A stretch of DNA of 64,000 nucleotides from Myxococcota bacterium. Its GTDB lineage: Bacteria; Myxococcota_A; Polyangia; Nannocystales; Nannocystaceae. The DNA is taken from NCBI GenBank assembly GCA_039028615.1, contig JBCCHT010000014.1, forward strand, positions 32,001 through 96,000, in the 5' to 3' direction. Numbering within the stretch: position 1 is the stretch's first letter; every line of letters begins with the position of its first letter. A program made the position numbers and the translations under genes. Below are positions 48,100-60,500 of this stretch, piece by piece. Under the pieces are notes generated by a model, which had not been told where the DNA came from, did not search any database, and saw nothing but the letters and a program-made list of their open reading frames with translations.

Positions 48100-48864
48100 G
48101 TGTATGCTCTGGCCATGGCAGCCGATCGCGAGCGTTTACACGCCGCCGTCTCCCAATCCCGAATTTCCCCTACGAGCCCCGCGGGACCAGCGTGGCTCGG
48201 ACGCCTGTGGGTACCCCTCGTTGGCCTGGCCGTCGGCATCGGCGTCGGAGTCGGGTGCGCGACGTCCGACCAAATGCTCGAGAAGCGACGCCTCGAAGAA
48301 AAGGGCACCGAGTGCCGACCGGGTATCGAAGAGGACTGTTATGGCGGCCCAGATGGGAGCCTCGGTCGCGGCGCGTGCCAAGCCGGCCGACGGGTCTGTA
48401 AAGAGGACGGAACCCTCGGCACCTGCAGCGGCGAGATCGTGCCCGTCGCCGAGCTGTGCAACAACGTCGACGACGACTGCGACGGCATCGTCGACAACGG
48501 CTTCGAGCGCGACGGAGCGCTGTGCGAGTTCGCCAGCGCCAAGGGCGTTTGCCGCACCCAAGGCAAGTGGCACTGCTCCGCCGACGGCACCAGCTCCCAG
48601 TGTGACGCGGCCATCGTCGAGCCCACCCCCGAGGTCTGCGACACCCTCGACAACGACTGCGACGGCGAAGTCGACGAGGACGCAGTTCCCGAGGCCGAGA
48701 AGGAATGCTCGACCGGCAAGGCGGGAGTCTGCGGCGCGGGCACCAACACCTGCGTCAACGGCCGCGTCCGCTGCGTGCAGAACGTGCAGCCCGGCCCGGA
48801 AATCTGCAACGGCTATGACGACAACTGCAACAACCAGATCGACGAGGACTGCGTAAAGCAGTAG
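48100..48864 (+). CDS. Cys-rich lipoprotein with ExCNxxDDDCDGxxD putative metal-binding repeats
   Basis: Lipobox VGVGC; ELCNNVDDDCDGIVD, EVCDTLDNDCDGEVDE and EICNGYDDNCNNQIDE. Confidence 0.85.
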   Translation: MYALAMAADRERLHAAVSQSRISPTSPAGPAWLGRLWVPLVGLAVGIGVGVGCATSDQMLEKRRLEEKGTECRPGIEEDCYGGPDGSLGRGACQAGRRVCKEDGTLGTCSGEIVPVAELCNNVDDDCDGIVDNGFERDGALCEFASAKGVCRTQGKWHCSADGTSSQCDAAIVEPTPEVCDTLDNDCDGEVDEDAVPEAEKECSTGKAGVCGAGTNTCVNGRVRCVQNVQPGPEICNGYDDNCNNQIDEDCVKQ

Positions 48865-49133
48865 CGCACGGCCTCCTCCCCTACCCAGAGCCCATCTCGC
48901 CACCCGTCCGTGTCGTCCGGCACGCGAGGGTCGCGAGATGGGCTCTGGCGCGTTCAGGGCATCACGCGCTCGCGCTTGCACCGCGGCCGCGTTCGATGTT
49001 TCCCGGCGTGCTCCCGTGGCGTTTGACCGGCTGACCGCCGGGTCCCTACCATCAGGTCTGCGGCGCTCCGCCCGGCGCTGTCCCAAGCTCCATTCGAGCG
49101 CAGCCGGCCGTCGCTCCCCCCCCCGCCCCGCCG

Positions 49134-50492
49134 ATGATCGATTCCAACCTGACCGACACCCTCGTCGAAGAAGAGGCCCCCGAAGAGGGCGTCGAAGAAC
49201 GCCTCGCCTGGCTCATCTGTATTGGATCGCCCGAGGACAAGTTCGTGTCGGCGGGTCGGGTCCTGCCGCTCGAGGGCCCGCACACGATCACCTTCGGTCG
49301 GGGCGAGGTGTCCGAGGGCCTGGCGGTCATCGAAGAAGGCAAGAGCTTCCGCGTGGGCATCCCCTTCGGGTGGGTCAGCGGCCGCCATGCCGAGCTGAAG
49401 GTCACCGAAGAAGGCCCGGGTCTGCGCTTCACCCTGCGCGACGTCGGCAGCCGAAACGGTACGCTGGTCAACGGCGTACGCATCAACCAAGAGGTTCAGC
49501 TGCGGCCCGCCGACGTGTTCGAGGTCGGGCGCTCGTTCTGGACCGTGCGCGAGGTGGGGCTCCGCAAGCTCCGGGCGCACAAGCTCAGCGAGCTCGATCC
49601 CACGGGCACCTGCAACCCGCACCTGCACCACATCCATCGCACGCTGCATCGGCTGGCCCAGGCCACCATTCCCATCGTGCTCCGCGGGGAGACGGGCACG
49701 GGCAAGCAGTACCTCGCCAAGGCGATCCACGCCGTCAGCGAGCGCAAGGGCCCCTTCGTCTGCGCCAACCTCGGAGCCCTGTCCGACGACCGCGTCGAAG
49801 AGGTGCTGTTCGGGGGCAACGGCGCGCAGGGGCTGTTCGAGAAGGCCACCGAGGGAACGCTGATGCTCGACGAACTCGGCGAGCTGACCCCGTCGGTGCA
49901 GGGCAAGCTGCTCTCCGCGCTCACCGAGGGCCGAGCGGCGCGCAAGGGTGAGCAAGCGGCTCGCACCTTCGACGTGCGGCTGGTCTGCGGGACGCTCCAC
50001 GACCTGTCGCGCATGGTCGAGATGGGCCGTTTCCGCGCGGATCTGTACTCCCGCCTGGCGGGGTTCGTGGCCGACCTGCCGCCGCTGCGGGCCCGCCGTG
50101 AAGACCTGGGGCTGCTGACGCGCTCGATCGTTCGCGATCTGCAGCGCGAGGGTCGACCGGTTCGAATCACGTCGAACGCGTTTCGCCGCATGCTGACGCG
50201 GGCGTGGCCGTTCAATATCCGCCAGCTCCGGCAGACGCTCACCACGGCGAGCTTGCTGGCCAGCGGCGACGGGACGATCACCGCCGACGCGCTGGCCGAG
50301 ATCCTCGATCAGGACGACGGGCTGCCCGAGAGCCCGGACGGGGTCCGCCAGCTTCGCACGGAGCTGCTGCAGCATCTGGCCGAGCACCAGGGTGACACCG
50401 ATACGGTGGCGCGGATGATGAATCGCGACCCGTACCAGATCCATCGCTGGCTGCAGCGCTTCGATCTGGAGCCGGATTCGTTCAAAGAGTAG
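49134..50492 (+). CDS. FHA domain + sigma54-type AAA+ regulator lacking GAFTGA
   Basis: FHA (FGR...VSGRHAEL...DVGSRNGTLVNG), Walker A GETGTGK, LMLDELGEL, FRADLYSRL, LPPLRARREDL, WPFNIRQL and a Fis-like end. Confidence 0.9.
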   Translation: MIDSNLTDTLVEEEAPEEGVEERLAWLICIGSPEDKFVSAGRVLPLEGPHTITFGRGEVSEGLAVIEEGKSFRVGIPFGWVSGRHAELKVTEEGPGLRFTLRDVGSRNGTLVNGVRINQEVQLRPADVFEVGRSFWTVREVGLRKLRAHKLSELDPTGTCNPHLHHIHRTLHRLAQATIPIVLRGETGTGKQYLAKAIHAVSERKGPFVCANLGALSDDRVEEVLFGGNGAQGLFEKATEGTLMLDELGELTPSVQGKLLSALTEGRAARKGEQAARTFDVRLVCGTLHDLSRMVEMGRFRADLYSRLAGFVADLPPLRARREDLGLLTRSIVRDLQREGRPVRITSNAFRRMLTRAWPFNIRQLRQTLTTASLLASGDGTITADALAEILDQDDGLPESPDGVRQLRTELLQHLAEHQGDTDTVARMMNRDPYQIHRWLQRFDLEPDSFKE

Positions 50493-50538
50493 AGCGCATC
50501 AGCTCGGCTCTGCGCCCGACGGGCGGCGTGTTGGTGCT

Positions 50539-50835
50539 GGGGCGCGGCGGAGAGCTGAGTTCTCCGCTTCGAGTTGTGGGGAGTTATTGGCGTGCCGGTC
50601 TGGGGGGCGCCTGTTCGCCGGATTGAGTATTCCGGCCGTGCTCAAACAGTGGTTTCACTCCTAGCCACAGCGTACCTACGCGCAAGAGCTTGGTGGACTC
50701 CGTTGGGGTGTGGGCGAGTCGCTACCAAAACTGCGCGCGCCCGGAATACTCAACCCGACGACGGCTCCCAAATGGCTCGGTGCAACTGGGCCGATCCATA
50801 GGGGCGGGTTTTGGGTTGGTGGCGCGCCTCGGGTT
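50539..50835 (+). repeat. Left arm of an approximately 295-bp inverted repeat (self-complementary unit)
   Basis: Near-identical to the reverse complement of 51156..51452; internal perfect 13-bp IR TTGAGTATTCCGG (50623-50635) / CCGGAATACTCAA (50741-50753). Confidence 0.92.
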
Positions 50836-51155
50836 GGGCCAACGTTTTGGACGAGGTGATCTGCCAAGAAGTGGCCAATGAAGAGCCTGGACTGGCCGAT
50901 TCGATGGTGGTCGGAGGAAGCGACGCTCGCCCACGCCGAAAGCAACGAACGAGGAACGAGATATCGGACGTTGGGAGTGAGGCGTTCGAGGCCATGGCTG
51001 CGAACAGGTAAAGGCGCTAGCCAACCCGAGTGCGGGCGACGGGAGCCAAGTCTTCGAGGCTAAAGGTAGTAGCGAAGCCCGAACGCCAACCCCCGAATGA
51101 GAAGTGCCCGGCGAGGAAGCTGGCATGCGACCAAATAATATGACGAAGACTCACG

Positions 51156-51452
51156 AACCTAGGGCGCGTCGCCGACCCGAAACCCGCCCCCTCCGGATCG
51201 GCCCAGCTACACCGAGCAATCTGGGAGCCGTCGTCGGGTTGAGTATTCCGGGCGCGCGCAGTTTTGGTAGCGACTCGCCCACACCCAATCGCGGTCCACC
51301 AAGCTCTTGCGCGTACGTACGCTGTAGCTAGGAGTGAAACCACTGTTTGAGCACGGCCGGAATACTCAATCCGGCGAACAGGCGCCCCCAGACCGGCACA
51401 CCAATAACTCCCCACAACTCGAAGCGGAGAACTCAGCTCTCCGCCGCGCCCC
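51156..51452 (-). repeat. Right arm of the approximately 295-bp inverted repeat
   Basis: Its reverse complement reads ggggcgcggcggagagctgagttctccgcttcgagttgtggggagttattgg..., matching the left arm with scattered substitutions. Confidence 0.92.
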
Positions 51453-51494
51453 GAGACCTGCACACCACCGCCCCCAAACGCGCACTCAACCACG

Positions 51495-51527
51495 AAAAAG
51501 GGCGAGCCCCTGAAGGCCCGCCCTTTC
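51495..51527 (-). terminator. Intrinsic terminator of the giant TPR gene
   Basis: Minus strand aaagggcgggcc-ttcagg-ggctcgccc-ttttt, a GC stem plus U tract about 18 bp after the stop at 51545. Confidence 0.75.
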
Positions 51528-51544
51528 CGCTCAATTCGAGCCCC

Positions 51545-54500
51545 CTACCCCAGCTGCTCGAGCTGAGCCGCGAGCTCGGGATGATCGGCATCCTCCTCGA
51601 GCCCCCGTCGCAGCATGGCGCGGGCCTTCGGCGTCTCGTCGAGCGAAAGGTGCGCCCGAGCGAGGTTGACGTAGATGTCACCCCGCCGAAGCAACCCGGA
51701 ACGATCGGCATTCTGCAGCAACATCGTCCGGTAGATCTTCAGCGCATCCTTCCAGTTCTCCTGCTGCTCATGCAGCCCACCCAGCGCCATCAACGTCTCC
51801 ACGTTCGTCGTGTCGATCCGATACGCCTCCATGAGCTGCTCGCGAGCCCCGTCGTTGTCCCCCTCGCTCAGCGCGATGCGAGCCATCCGGGTGAGGTAGT
51901 GCCCGAGGATCTTGGAGCGCTTGCCCGCCCGCACGACCTCGATGAGCCACGCGTACATGCCCTTGGCGTCCCCGTACAGCTCCGCCTGGAACAGCCCGTC
52001 CGCGATGCGGCGGTTGAGCTCGACGTCGTCCTGCACCTTCTCGTACATCTCGTGCAGCACGTGCAGCGCCGTGTCGGTGTCGCCGAGCTTGCCCATGAGC
52101 AGGTCGACGCGCTCGAGCTCGAGGGCTCGACGCGCCCCGTCGTCTTGCTCGGCCGCGGCCTGGCGCTGGAGTAGCTCGGCCACCTGGTCCCAGCGCTCCT
52201 CCGCCCGCGACAGCTTCATGAGCCCGTCGATGGCGGGGGTGCTGCCCGGGTCGAGCGCGAGGGCCCGCTCGAGGTGCTCTCGGCGACGAGCGTCGTCGTC
52301 CTCGCTGAGTGCGGCCAGCCGCAGCTGGAGCGCAGCCCCCTCTTCACCCTGGGGATCGAGGGCCGCGGCCTTCTCCAGGGTCTCGCGCATGCCATCGTCG
52401 TCGCCCCGGGCGTCGTAGACCGAGGCCAGGGACAGCAGCGCGGGCACATAGCCGGGGTCGACCTCGAGCAGCTGCTGGAGGATCGACTCGGCGCGCTCGC
52501 TGTCGTCGAGACGCTCGGCCAGCAACGCGGCGAGCCGCGAGGCGATCTGGCGGTAGCTCTCGGCGTCCCCGGCATCACGGGCCCGATCCATGCGGGACTG
52601 CAGCAGCTCGCTGAGGTCGACGAAGCGCTCCTCGGCGGTGAGCAGGCGATCGAGGCCCTCTTCGGCGCCCGAGTGACCGGGCTGCTCCATCAGCACGGCC
52701 TGCAGCCGCTCGATGGCCTCCCCCGGATCTTCGAGGCGCGTCTCGGCGACCTCGGCCAGGTCGAGCAGCACCGCCACCCGATCTTCACCCTCGGCCGCGT
52801 CGTAGCGCCGCTCGAGGGTGTCGCGCACGTCGTCCCAACGCTCGAGCCGACGCAGCAGCGCCTCGAGCTCGCGCAGGGCGGGCAGATCGTCCGGCTTGTC
52901 GTTGACCATGTCCTGGTAGGTCACGATGGCGTCGTCCGCCCGATCGAGCGCATCGACGAGCACGTTGGCGAGCCGGTAGCGAAGGTCACGGCGCTCGTCC
53001 GCGTCCTCGGCGATCATCACCCGCCGCGACAGCGCCTCGGCCAGCTTCTCGTTGTCGCCCGACGCACCGAGCAGGGACAGCAGCTTGTTCCAGCCGTCGG
53101 CATGGGCCTCGTCCTGGCCGATGACCTGCTCGAGGTCCTCGATGGCCAGCGCGGTCTCGACCAGCGAGACCTCGGCGACTTGGGCCGCTTCGTACCAAAG
53201 AGCGGCGGCCGCATCGGGGTTGGGCTGCACGTTGGCGTTCTGCGTCAGGGCGTCGTGGAGGATCTGCGCGTCGCCGTGGGCTCGCGCCGCCTCGACCCGC
53301 AGCTCGAGCGCCTCGGGCTGCTCGGCGTTGTCCTCGAGCACGCCGTCGAGCACGGTCAGCGCCCGCGCCCCGTCCCCGAGCTCACGCAGCAGCAGCGTGG
53401 CCGTCTGCAGCGCGAGCGGCCCGGTGGTGCGGCCCTCCTCTTGCCCGGCGGCAATGGCCGCGAGCATCAGCTCGACCGCCTGCGGCAGGGCGCCGTGCTC
53501 CTTGCCGAGCGCGATGACTCGCCCCAGCCCGGTCGCGGACTCGGGGTCCACGGCCAGCAGGGCTCCCCAGGTCTCGAGGGCTTGCTGCGGCGTCCCTCCG
53601 CCCGCGTCGAAGAGCCCACCGAGCTGCTCGAGCAACCCGAGCCGGTCGCCATCGTCGGCCTGCGCCAAGCGATGCTGAACGACGCGGGCCTGCCCGGCCA
53701 GGTCCTCGGTGCTCTGGTAGACGCCGTCGAGGGCGTCGAGCAGCGCATCGGGAGCCGGGCCCTCGGTCTGCGCCAGCACCGACTCGAGGCCAGTGATCGC
53801 CACCGCCCCCGCGCCCTGCTCGAACGCGTCCCGGTAGGACTCGAGCGCACCGGAGTGATCGCCCAACACCAGCTGGGCCTCACCGTGGCGCGCCATGAGT
53901 CCGGCTCGCTCTTGGTCGTCTTCACTGAGCCGAACGGCCTCGCGCAGCGCATGCTCGATGGCCTCGTTGTTCTGCACGATCCGACCCAGACGCTCGACCT
54001 CGGAGCAAATCTCCATGGTCGCCAGGCCCTCTTCGACCAGCGGCGTGAGCAGCCCGAGCGCACGCCCGGCGTCGCCTTGCACGTCCTCGGCGAGCTTGGC
54101 CGCGTTGGAGGCCAGCATGACTCGCGCTTCGGGATCGCGATCGGCCTGCGCCGCCCGACCGGCGAGGTCGTCGACGTGCTCGCCCGCCGTGCCCAGCTGC
54201 ACCGCGAGCTGCCCCGCCTGATCCAGCACGGGCGACAGCTCATTGGGCTCGACCACGTCGATGAGTGCCCGCTGGGACTCCAGCGAACCGGCGACGTCAC
54301 CGAGCTGCTCGAGGCGAACGCTCGCCAGGCGGCGCAGCGACTCCGCTTGATCGACCGGGTCGGAGGTCAGCGAAGCCCGGGCGGCCAGCACCTCGGCCAG
54401 CTCCGAGAAGCGACCCACCGCCTCGAGCGGCGTCATGACCAGGGTGCCCGCCGACTCGAAGTGGTCCTCGGTCTTGGCCAGCGCCACGAGGTCTTCGAGC

Positions 54501-57500
54501 GCGCCGCTCTGCCCTTGCACGATCTGCAGGACCTCTTCGTAGCGCTCGAGCGCACTGGGTACGTCGTCGAGCGGCCCGGCCAGGATTCGCGCCGCGCTGA
54601 GCACCAGCTCGGCCTTCGGGTCGGGGTCTTGGGCGAGCTCGGCCCGCTCCGCCAGCACGTCGGTGGCCTCGGCGTGGCGTTCCTCGGCCACCAGCGCGTC
54701 GGACAGCGCCGCCAGGGCCTCGCCGTCGCCTTCGGCCTCCATCAGCAGCTCGCGAAGCACGTCGATCTCGGACGCGCGATCCTGCCGGGAGTCCCGCTGC
54801 AGCCCCGCCAGGCGCATTCGCAGGTCGCGACGCTCCTGCTCGTCCTCGCTGGCGTCGACCTGACGCCGCAGGATCTCGATGAGTTCGTGGATGGCGTCGC
54901 GGTTGGCGTAGGCCTGGGCCAGACGCTGCAGCGCCTCGCGATCGTTGGGCTCGATGTCCAACAGGTCGCGCCACCCCTGCTCCGCGTCCTCGGCCCGGGC
55001 CAGCACGTCCTCGAGCAGCACCGCCAAGCGACGCAGAAGCTCCACGCGCTGCTCGTCCTCGTTGGCGACGCGGGCCCGGATCACCAGGACCTCGCGCAGC
55101 TCCTCGTGGAAGCCGAGCTGCTGCAGGCAGGTATCGAGCAGCTCGAGCGCGGGCTCGTGCTCGGAGGACAGCTCGAGGGCGCCGTGCAGGATCTCGACGG
55201 CGGAGCCGAGCTCGGTGGCGTCGTGCAGGATGCCCGCCGCCCGCACCAGCAGCGCGAGTCGACGGTCGATGTCGTTGCTCAGCGCGTCACCCTGCGCCGC
55301 GGACACGAGCGCGTCGGCCAGCGCGATGCCCAGCCCGAGCACCTCGGCCACTCGACCCACCTCGGCGTCGAGAGTGGCCAACGCTTCCTCGGGACCCGGC
55401 TCGCTGAGCGCACGGCACAGCGCCCGGAAGGCGGCCTCTTGGGTGTCCTGCGAGCGCAGCAACAGCGCCGCCATCTCGCGATACAGCTCGTGCCGCACCA
55501 CGGGATCATCGGCGTGGGACAGCTGCCACTCGTCGATCTCGACGATGCGTCGCACGTTGCCCTGCCGCTCGTAGATCGGCCGCAGGATGGACAGGATGCG
55601 GGGTCGCAGCCCGCGGCGCATCTCGGCGATGCGCTCGAGTCGAAGCACTGCCTCGGGGTCGTCGACCAGCTCGCCCAGCATCGCCTCGAGGGTGTCGACG
55701 GCAGCGTCGGGGTCGTCGATGAACTGGTCTTGGACGTCGGCGATCTGCGAGTGGATGCTGTTGCGGTTGACCGCGTCCTCGGTGCGATCGAGGCGGTCCC
55801 GCAGCAGTTCGATGAGTTCCGGCCAGCGCTGGGTCTCCTCGTAGATCTGCTCCAGTCGGTTGCGCGACAGGTCGTGCTCGGGCTGGATCTCGAGGATGCG
55901 CTGGTAGGCCCGGCCCGCCTCGTTGGCGTCGTCGAGCATCTCCTGCGACAGCGTGGCCAGCTTGCGCAGCAGGTCGATCTGCCGCGATTCCTGCATCGCG
56001 TTGTCGACCTCGCGCCAGTACGCGACGCCCAGCTCCTTCCACATCTCTGCCTGCGTCAGCGAGGACTCGAGCGCGGGGAAGATGGATTGGTCGTCGGGTC
56101 GCGCCTCGAGCAAGCGCTGCAGCAGCGGCACCGCGCGCTCGGGCTGGCGCAACGAGCCGGACCACAGCTCGGCCGCTTCGCGCACGATCTCGAGCATCTC
56201 TTCGCTGTCGTCCCCCGCCCCGTCCCCCGAGACGTACTCGGTCAGGGCATCGGCGTAGCGATCGACGCGGCTGAGCACGCCGGCCAGGCGCGCGAGCTGG
56301 TCGCGAACCCGACGCTCGTGGGGCTGCTCTTTGAACAAGCGGCCGTAGCTTTCGAAGGCCTTGTCGAGGTCCTCGAGCTGCTCCTCCTCGATCTGAGCGA
56401 TGCGCAGCAGAAGCCGCACGCGCTCGTGCTCGCCCTCGGCGTCCTCGAGGCGAATCTCCTGGATCTGGATCAACCGATTCCAGTCGGCCACCGCGGCGAA
56501 GACCGGCTCGAGCATCTCCGCGACGCGGGTGCGCATGGAGGTGTCTTCGAGGTAGCGACCGAGTTCCTCGGTGCCCACCGCGTGGTCGGGGTCGAGCCGC
56601 AGCGCGGTGCTCAGGTGACGGATGCCCTCCTCGGGATCGTCGAGCTTCTCGCCATACAGCCGCCCCAGACGAAGGTGGATGTCGACCGCCTCGCGCCCCT
56701 CCAGTCGGCCGAGCTTGCGGTTGAGGTGCCCCGCCAGCTCGCGGTAGCGCCCCGTCGCCTCGTAGAGCGGCTCGAGCACTTCTTGCACCTCGGGCTGCTC
56801 GAGCGCGCTGCTCGATAGGCGCTCGTAGAGCCGAATCGCATCCTCGGGTCGCTCGAGGCTCACCCGATAGATCTCGGCCGCCCGCATCAGCAGGTTGTCG
56901 CGGTCGTCGCCTTCGTCGCTACGATCGGCCTGGCTGACGAGCAGCTGGGCCAGCGAGTCGTAGTCGTCCTGGCGCAGGTAGATGCTCTCCAGCGACTCGG
57001 TCGCGGCCGGATCACCCGGGGCCAGATCCAAGACGCGCTCGTAGGCGGTCCGGGCCTCGGGCAGCTGCTCGAGTCGCTGCAGCGCCACCTCGCCCATCGC
57101 CCGCAGCACCCGCTGCTGGAGATCGGAGTCGAGGATGTGGTCGACCGTCTGTCCGTAGGCCTCGAGCAAGGCCTGAGCCCGGTCGTCGTCGGCCCCCAAG
57201 CGGGCGACCTTGTCGAGGATCTCGGCCAGCTCGGGCTGGTCGGCGGCCTCGGCCATCGCCTCGCACAGCACCCCGAACGCGCGCTCGGGGTCGCCGATGC
57301 GCTCCTCTTGGGTGGTCGCGACGCGCAGCAATGCCTGCAGACGACGGCGCCCCGAGGGCTGCTTGCGCGCCTGGAGTTCCTCGAGCTTGAGCAGCGCGGG
57401 CCAGTTCTCCTCGCCCTCGTAGATCGGCATCAAGATGCGGATCGCTCGCTCGTGGGTGTCGTCGTCCTCGAGGTAGCCATCGACGGCCTCGCGCGCCGCC

Positions 57501-60500
57501 TCGTCTCGAGGCGCCAGGTCGAGCACGCGCTTGAGCAGCTCGAGCGCATCGTGGCCGCGGCCGAGCGGACCGCCCACCACCTGGGCGGTGCGGGACAGCA
57601 GCTCGACGCGATGGCCATCGTTGTCGGCCAACGCGGTGAGACGCCGCAGGCCCTCTTCGACGTCGGGCCAGCGCTCGAGCCCCTGGTTGAGCTCGACCAA
57701 GCTGGACAGGGCGTAGGCCGTGTCTTCGCGCCCGACCTTGAGATCGAGCACCGACTGGAACGCCGCGATGGCCCGGTGGGCGTCTTCGAGGTGGTCCCGC
57801 TGGATCTCACCGATCTGCCGCCACGTGGGCGCGCGCAGCCGCGGATCGGGCGTGACCCCGATGCGATGCTCGAGCACCTCGCAAAGCCGCTCCCACTCTT
57901 GCTCCTCGAGGAACAAGCGCTCGAGGGTCTCGAGCGAGCGCGGGTTGTCGGCCTCCATGTCGAGCACTTCGCTGTGGGTCAACGCCGCCCCGACACGGTC
58001 GCCGAGCTCTTCTTGGATCTCGGCGATCTCGAGGCGAATGCGGACCTGCTCGTCGGGGGAGTCCACGAAGCGCAGCAGCGCGCGCTTGGCCTCGATGAGG
58101 GCCACGCCGTCGCCCGCCTCGAGATGCAGCCGACACAGGGCCTCGACCGCGCGATGGGCCAGGCCGGCATCGGGGGGATCGAGGTCCAGCAGGTCACCGT
58201 AGGCCTGCCGCGCCGCCTCTTGGTCCTGGATGTGCTCGTCGAGCAGCAGCGCGATGCGGTGGGTGAAGTCGATGCGCTGCGCCCGGTCGAGGTGCTCGGT
58301 GGCCAAGGCCTCGCGCCAGATGGTGACCAGATCGGCGGGGCGCTCGAGGGCCAAGCCGAGGCGCTCGACGTGCTCGCGGGTGTCCCGACGACGCACGTCC
58401 ATGCCGAAGGCCTCGCGCATCGAGGCCAGCGCGGTATCCGGGTCGCCGAGCTCTTGCTCGCGCAGCCGCGAAATCTCGATCAGGTGGGTGACCGCCTCGT
58501 CGACGGAGCCCACCTCCTCGGCGTGCGCCCGCCGAGCGTGCAGGATGCGAATGCGGCCCTCGTGATCGCCCAGACGCTGGTAGATGGGCTCCAGCAGCGC
58601 ACACGCGGGCAGCTGCACCTCGGCGATGTCGAGCAGCTCTTCGAGCAAGCGTCGCGCCTGCTCGTCGTCCGGGTCCTCGCCGAGCACCTGGCCCAGCAAG
58701 TCGACGGCACCGAAGGCATCGCCGAGGAACTGCATGCGCAGCGCGGCCCGACGCACCATCAGCTGGCGTCGCAGCGAGGTATCGGGGGTCAGCTCGGCCC
58801 ACCGCCCCAAGATTTCCTCGAGGTTCTCGCGATCGCCGGGCTCGTCACCCTCCCCGTACATCTCCGCCAACAGCTCGATGGTGGGCAGGTCGTCGGGGAT
58901 GAGGTCGAGCAGCTCTTCGGCGGTCGCGATGGCGGCCGACCGATCCTCGAGCACGTCGCGCGAGATCTGGGTCATGCGCGACAGCAGCTCTTTTTGCTCG
59001 CGCTGATTGAAAGTCACGTCGACCCGACGGCGATACAGCGACACCAGCTCGGAGCTGGCCTCGCGCCCGCGCAGCAGCGCCTCGAGAGCCTCGTAGGCGC
59101 CCTGGTGGGTCTCGTCTTGCTCGAGCACGAACGCGTAGGCCCGCTCGGCGTCCTCGGGGCGCGCCAGCGAGTCGCGAAGCATGCCCGCGTGCTCGAGCAG
59201 CAGGTCGCGGCGCAGGCCGGCTTGCTCGCGCGGCAGGGTCTGCCCCTCGGCCTCGGCCTTCTCCGCCTGCTCGGCCATGGTGCGCAAGGCCGACTCGTAG
59301 GCCTCGGACACGTCGGTCATGCGCTCGAGCTCACCGCCCAGGCGCTGGAGGGTCTGTCGCCCCTGCCACTGCCCCGGATCGGCCAGGAACAGCTCGACGC
59401 GGATCCGCAGGGAATCCGGGCGCCGATCGGACATGCGCTCGTAGATGGAGGCCAGCTGCTCGAGCAGCTGGGTGCGCGCCTCGGCGTCCTCTTCGGCGGC
59501 GATGATGACCTCCATCGCCTCCGCCTCGCGCACGCGGTCTTCGACGCGGCGGTAGTAGGGCAAAAGGCCCTTGCTCACGGGCAGGCTGACCGAGGGATCC
59601 GACTGCCGCAGGTCTTCGAGGGCCTGGACCGAGTCGCGGTGGTTGGACTCGATCTCCATGACCGCCAAGAACCCGTCCACGGCGGGCTGCGACTGCTGCA
59701 GGCGCACCGCCCGGATCTGGGCGAGTTCGAACATCAGGGGCACCCGAGCGGTGTCCGTCTCGGCCATGGCCAGCTGACGCTCGAGGATCTCGGCCAGCTC
59801 GGACCAGTGCCCGCGGTTGCGATAGATGCGAGCCAGGCTGTCGAGCGAGGCGACGTCGTCCTCGGCGTGCTCGAGGATCTTCCGATAGGTATCGGTCGCC
59901 CCGTCGAGGTCGCCCAGGTGCTGCTCCTGGATCGATGCCAACGCCCGCAAGGTGACCAGGCGGGCCTCGGGGTCTTCGGTGACGTCGAGACGACGGCGAT
60001 AGACCTCGCTCAGGTCGTCCCAGCGACGCGTGCCGGAGTAGATCTTCTCCAGCGCTTCCATGGCGGAGGCATTGGTCGGATCGAGATCGATGATGCGTCG
60101 GAAGTACCGCTGCGCGTCGTCGGGCTTGTAGAGCTTGTCGCGGGCGATGACCGCCAGCTTGCCGAGCAGCGTGAGCCGCTCCTGTTCGCCCACGCCCTCG
60201 TCGGCGATGCGCTCCTCGAAGATGGACACCAGCTCGTCCCAGCCGTCGGCCTTCTCGGCCGCGGTCTCGAGGGCGCCGCGCAGTGCCTCGTCTTGCGCGC
60301 GAATGCGGTACGCCTCGGCCGCCCAGTGCAGCGCCAGCGTGGGCGACCCGAGGTTCTCCTCGGCCACCGTCTGCATCGCGGAGATGAGCTCGAGCCGCTC
60401 TTCGTCGCTGTCGGCCGCCTTGAGCAACACCTGGTAGGTGTTCATCAGCCGCGCCCAGTTCTTCTGCTCGCGGTAGATGGGCAGCAGCTCGCGGGCGACG

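Noticed and set aside
50539..51452. CRISPR array or tRNA/rRNA in the repeat region
   Set aside because: There are only two long inverted copies, no regularly spaced direct repeats, no cas genes, and no cloverleaf or rRNA signature.
50574..51493. Short ORFs sharing the peptide GAPVRRIEYSGRAQTVVSLLATAY
   Set aside because: The similarity comes from the DNA inverted repeat. An indel between the copies changes the upstream frame and codon usage is atypical, so coding is unsupported.
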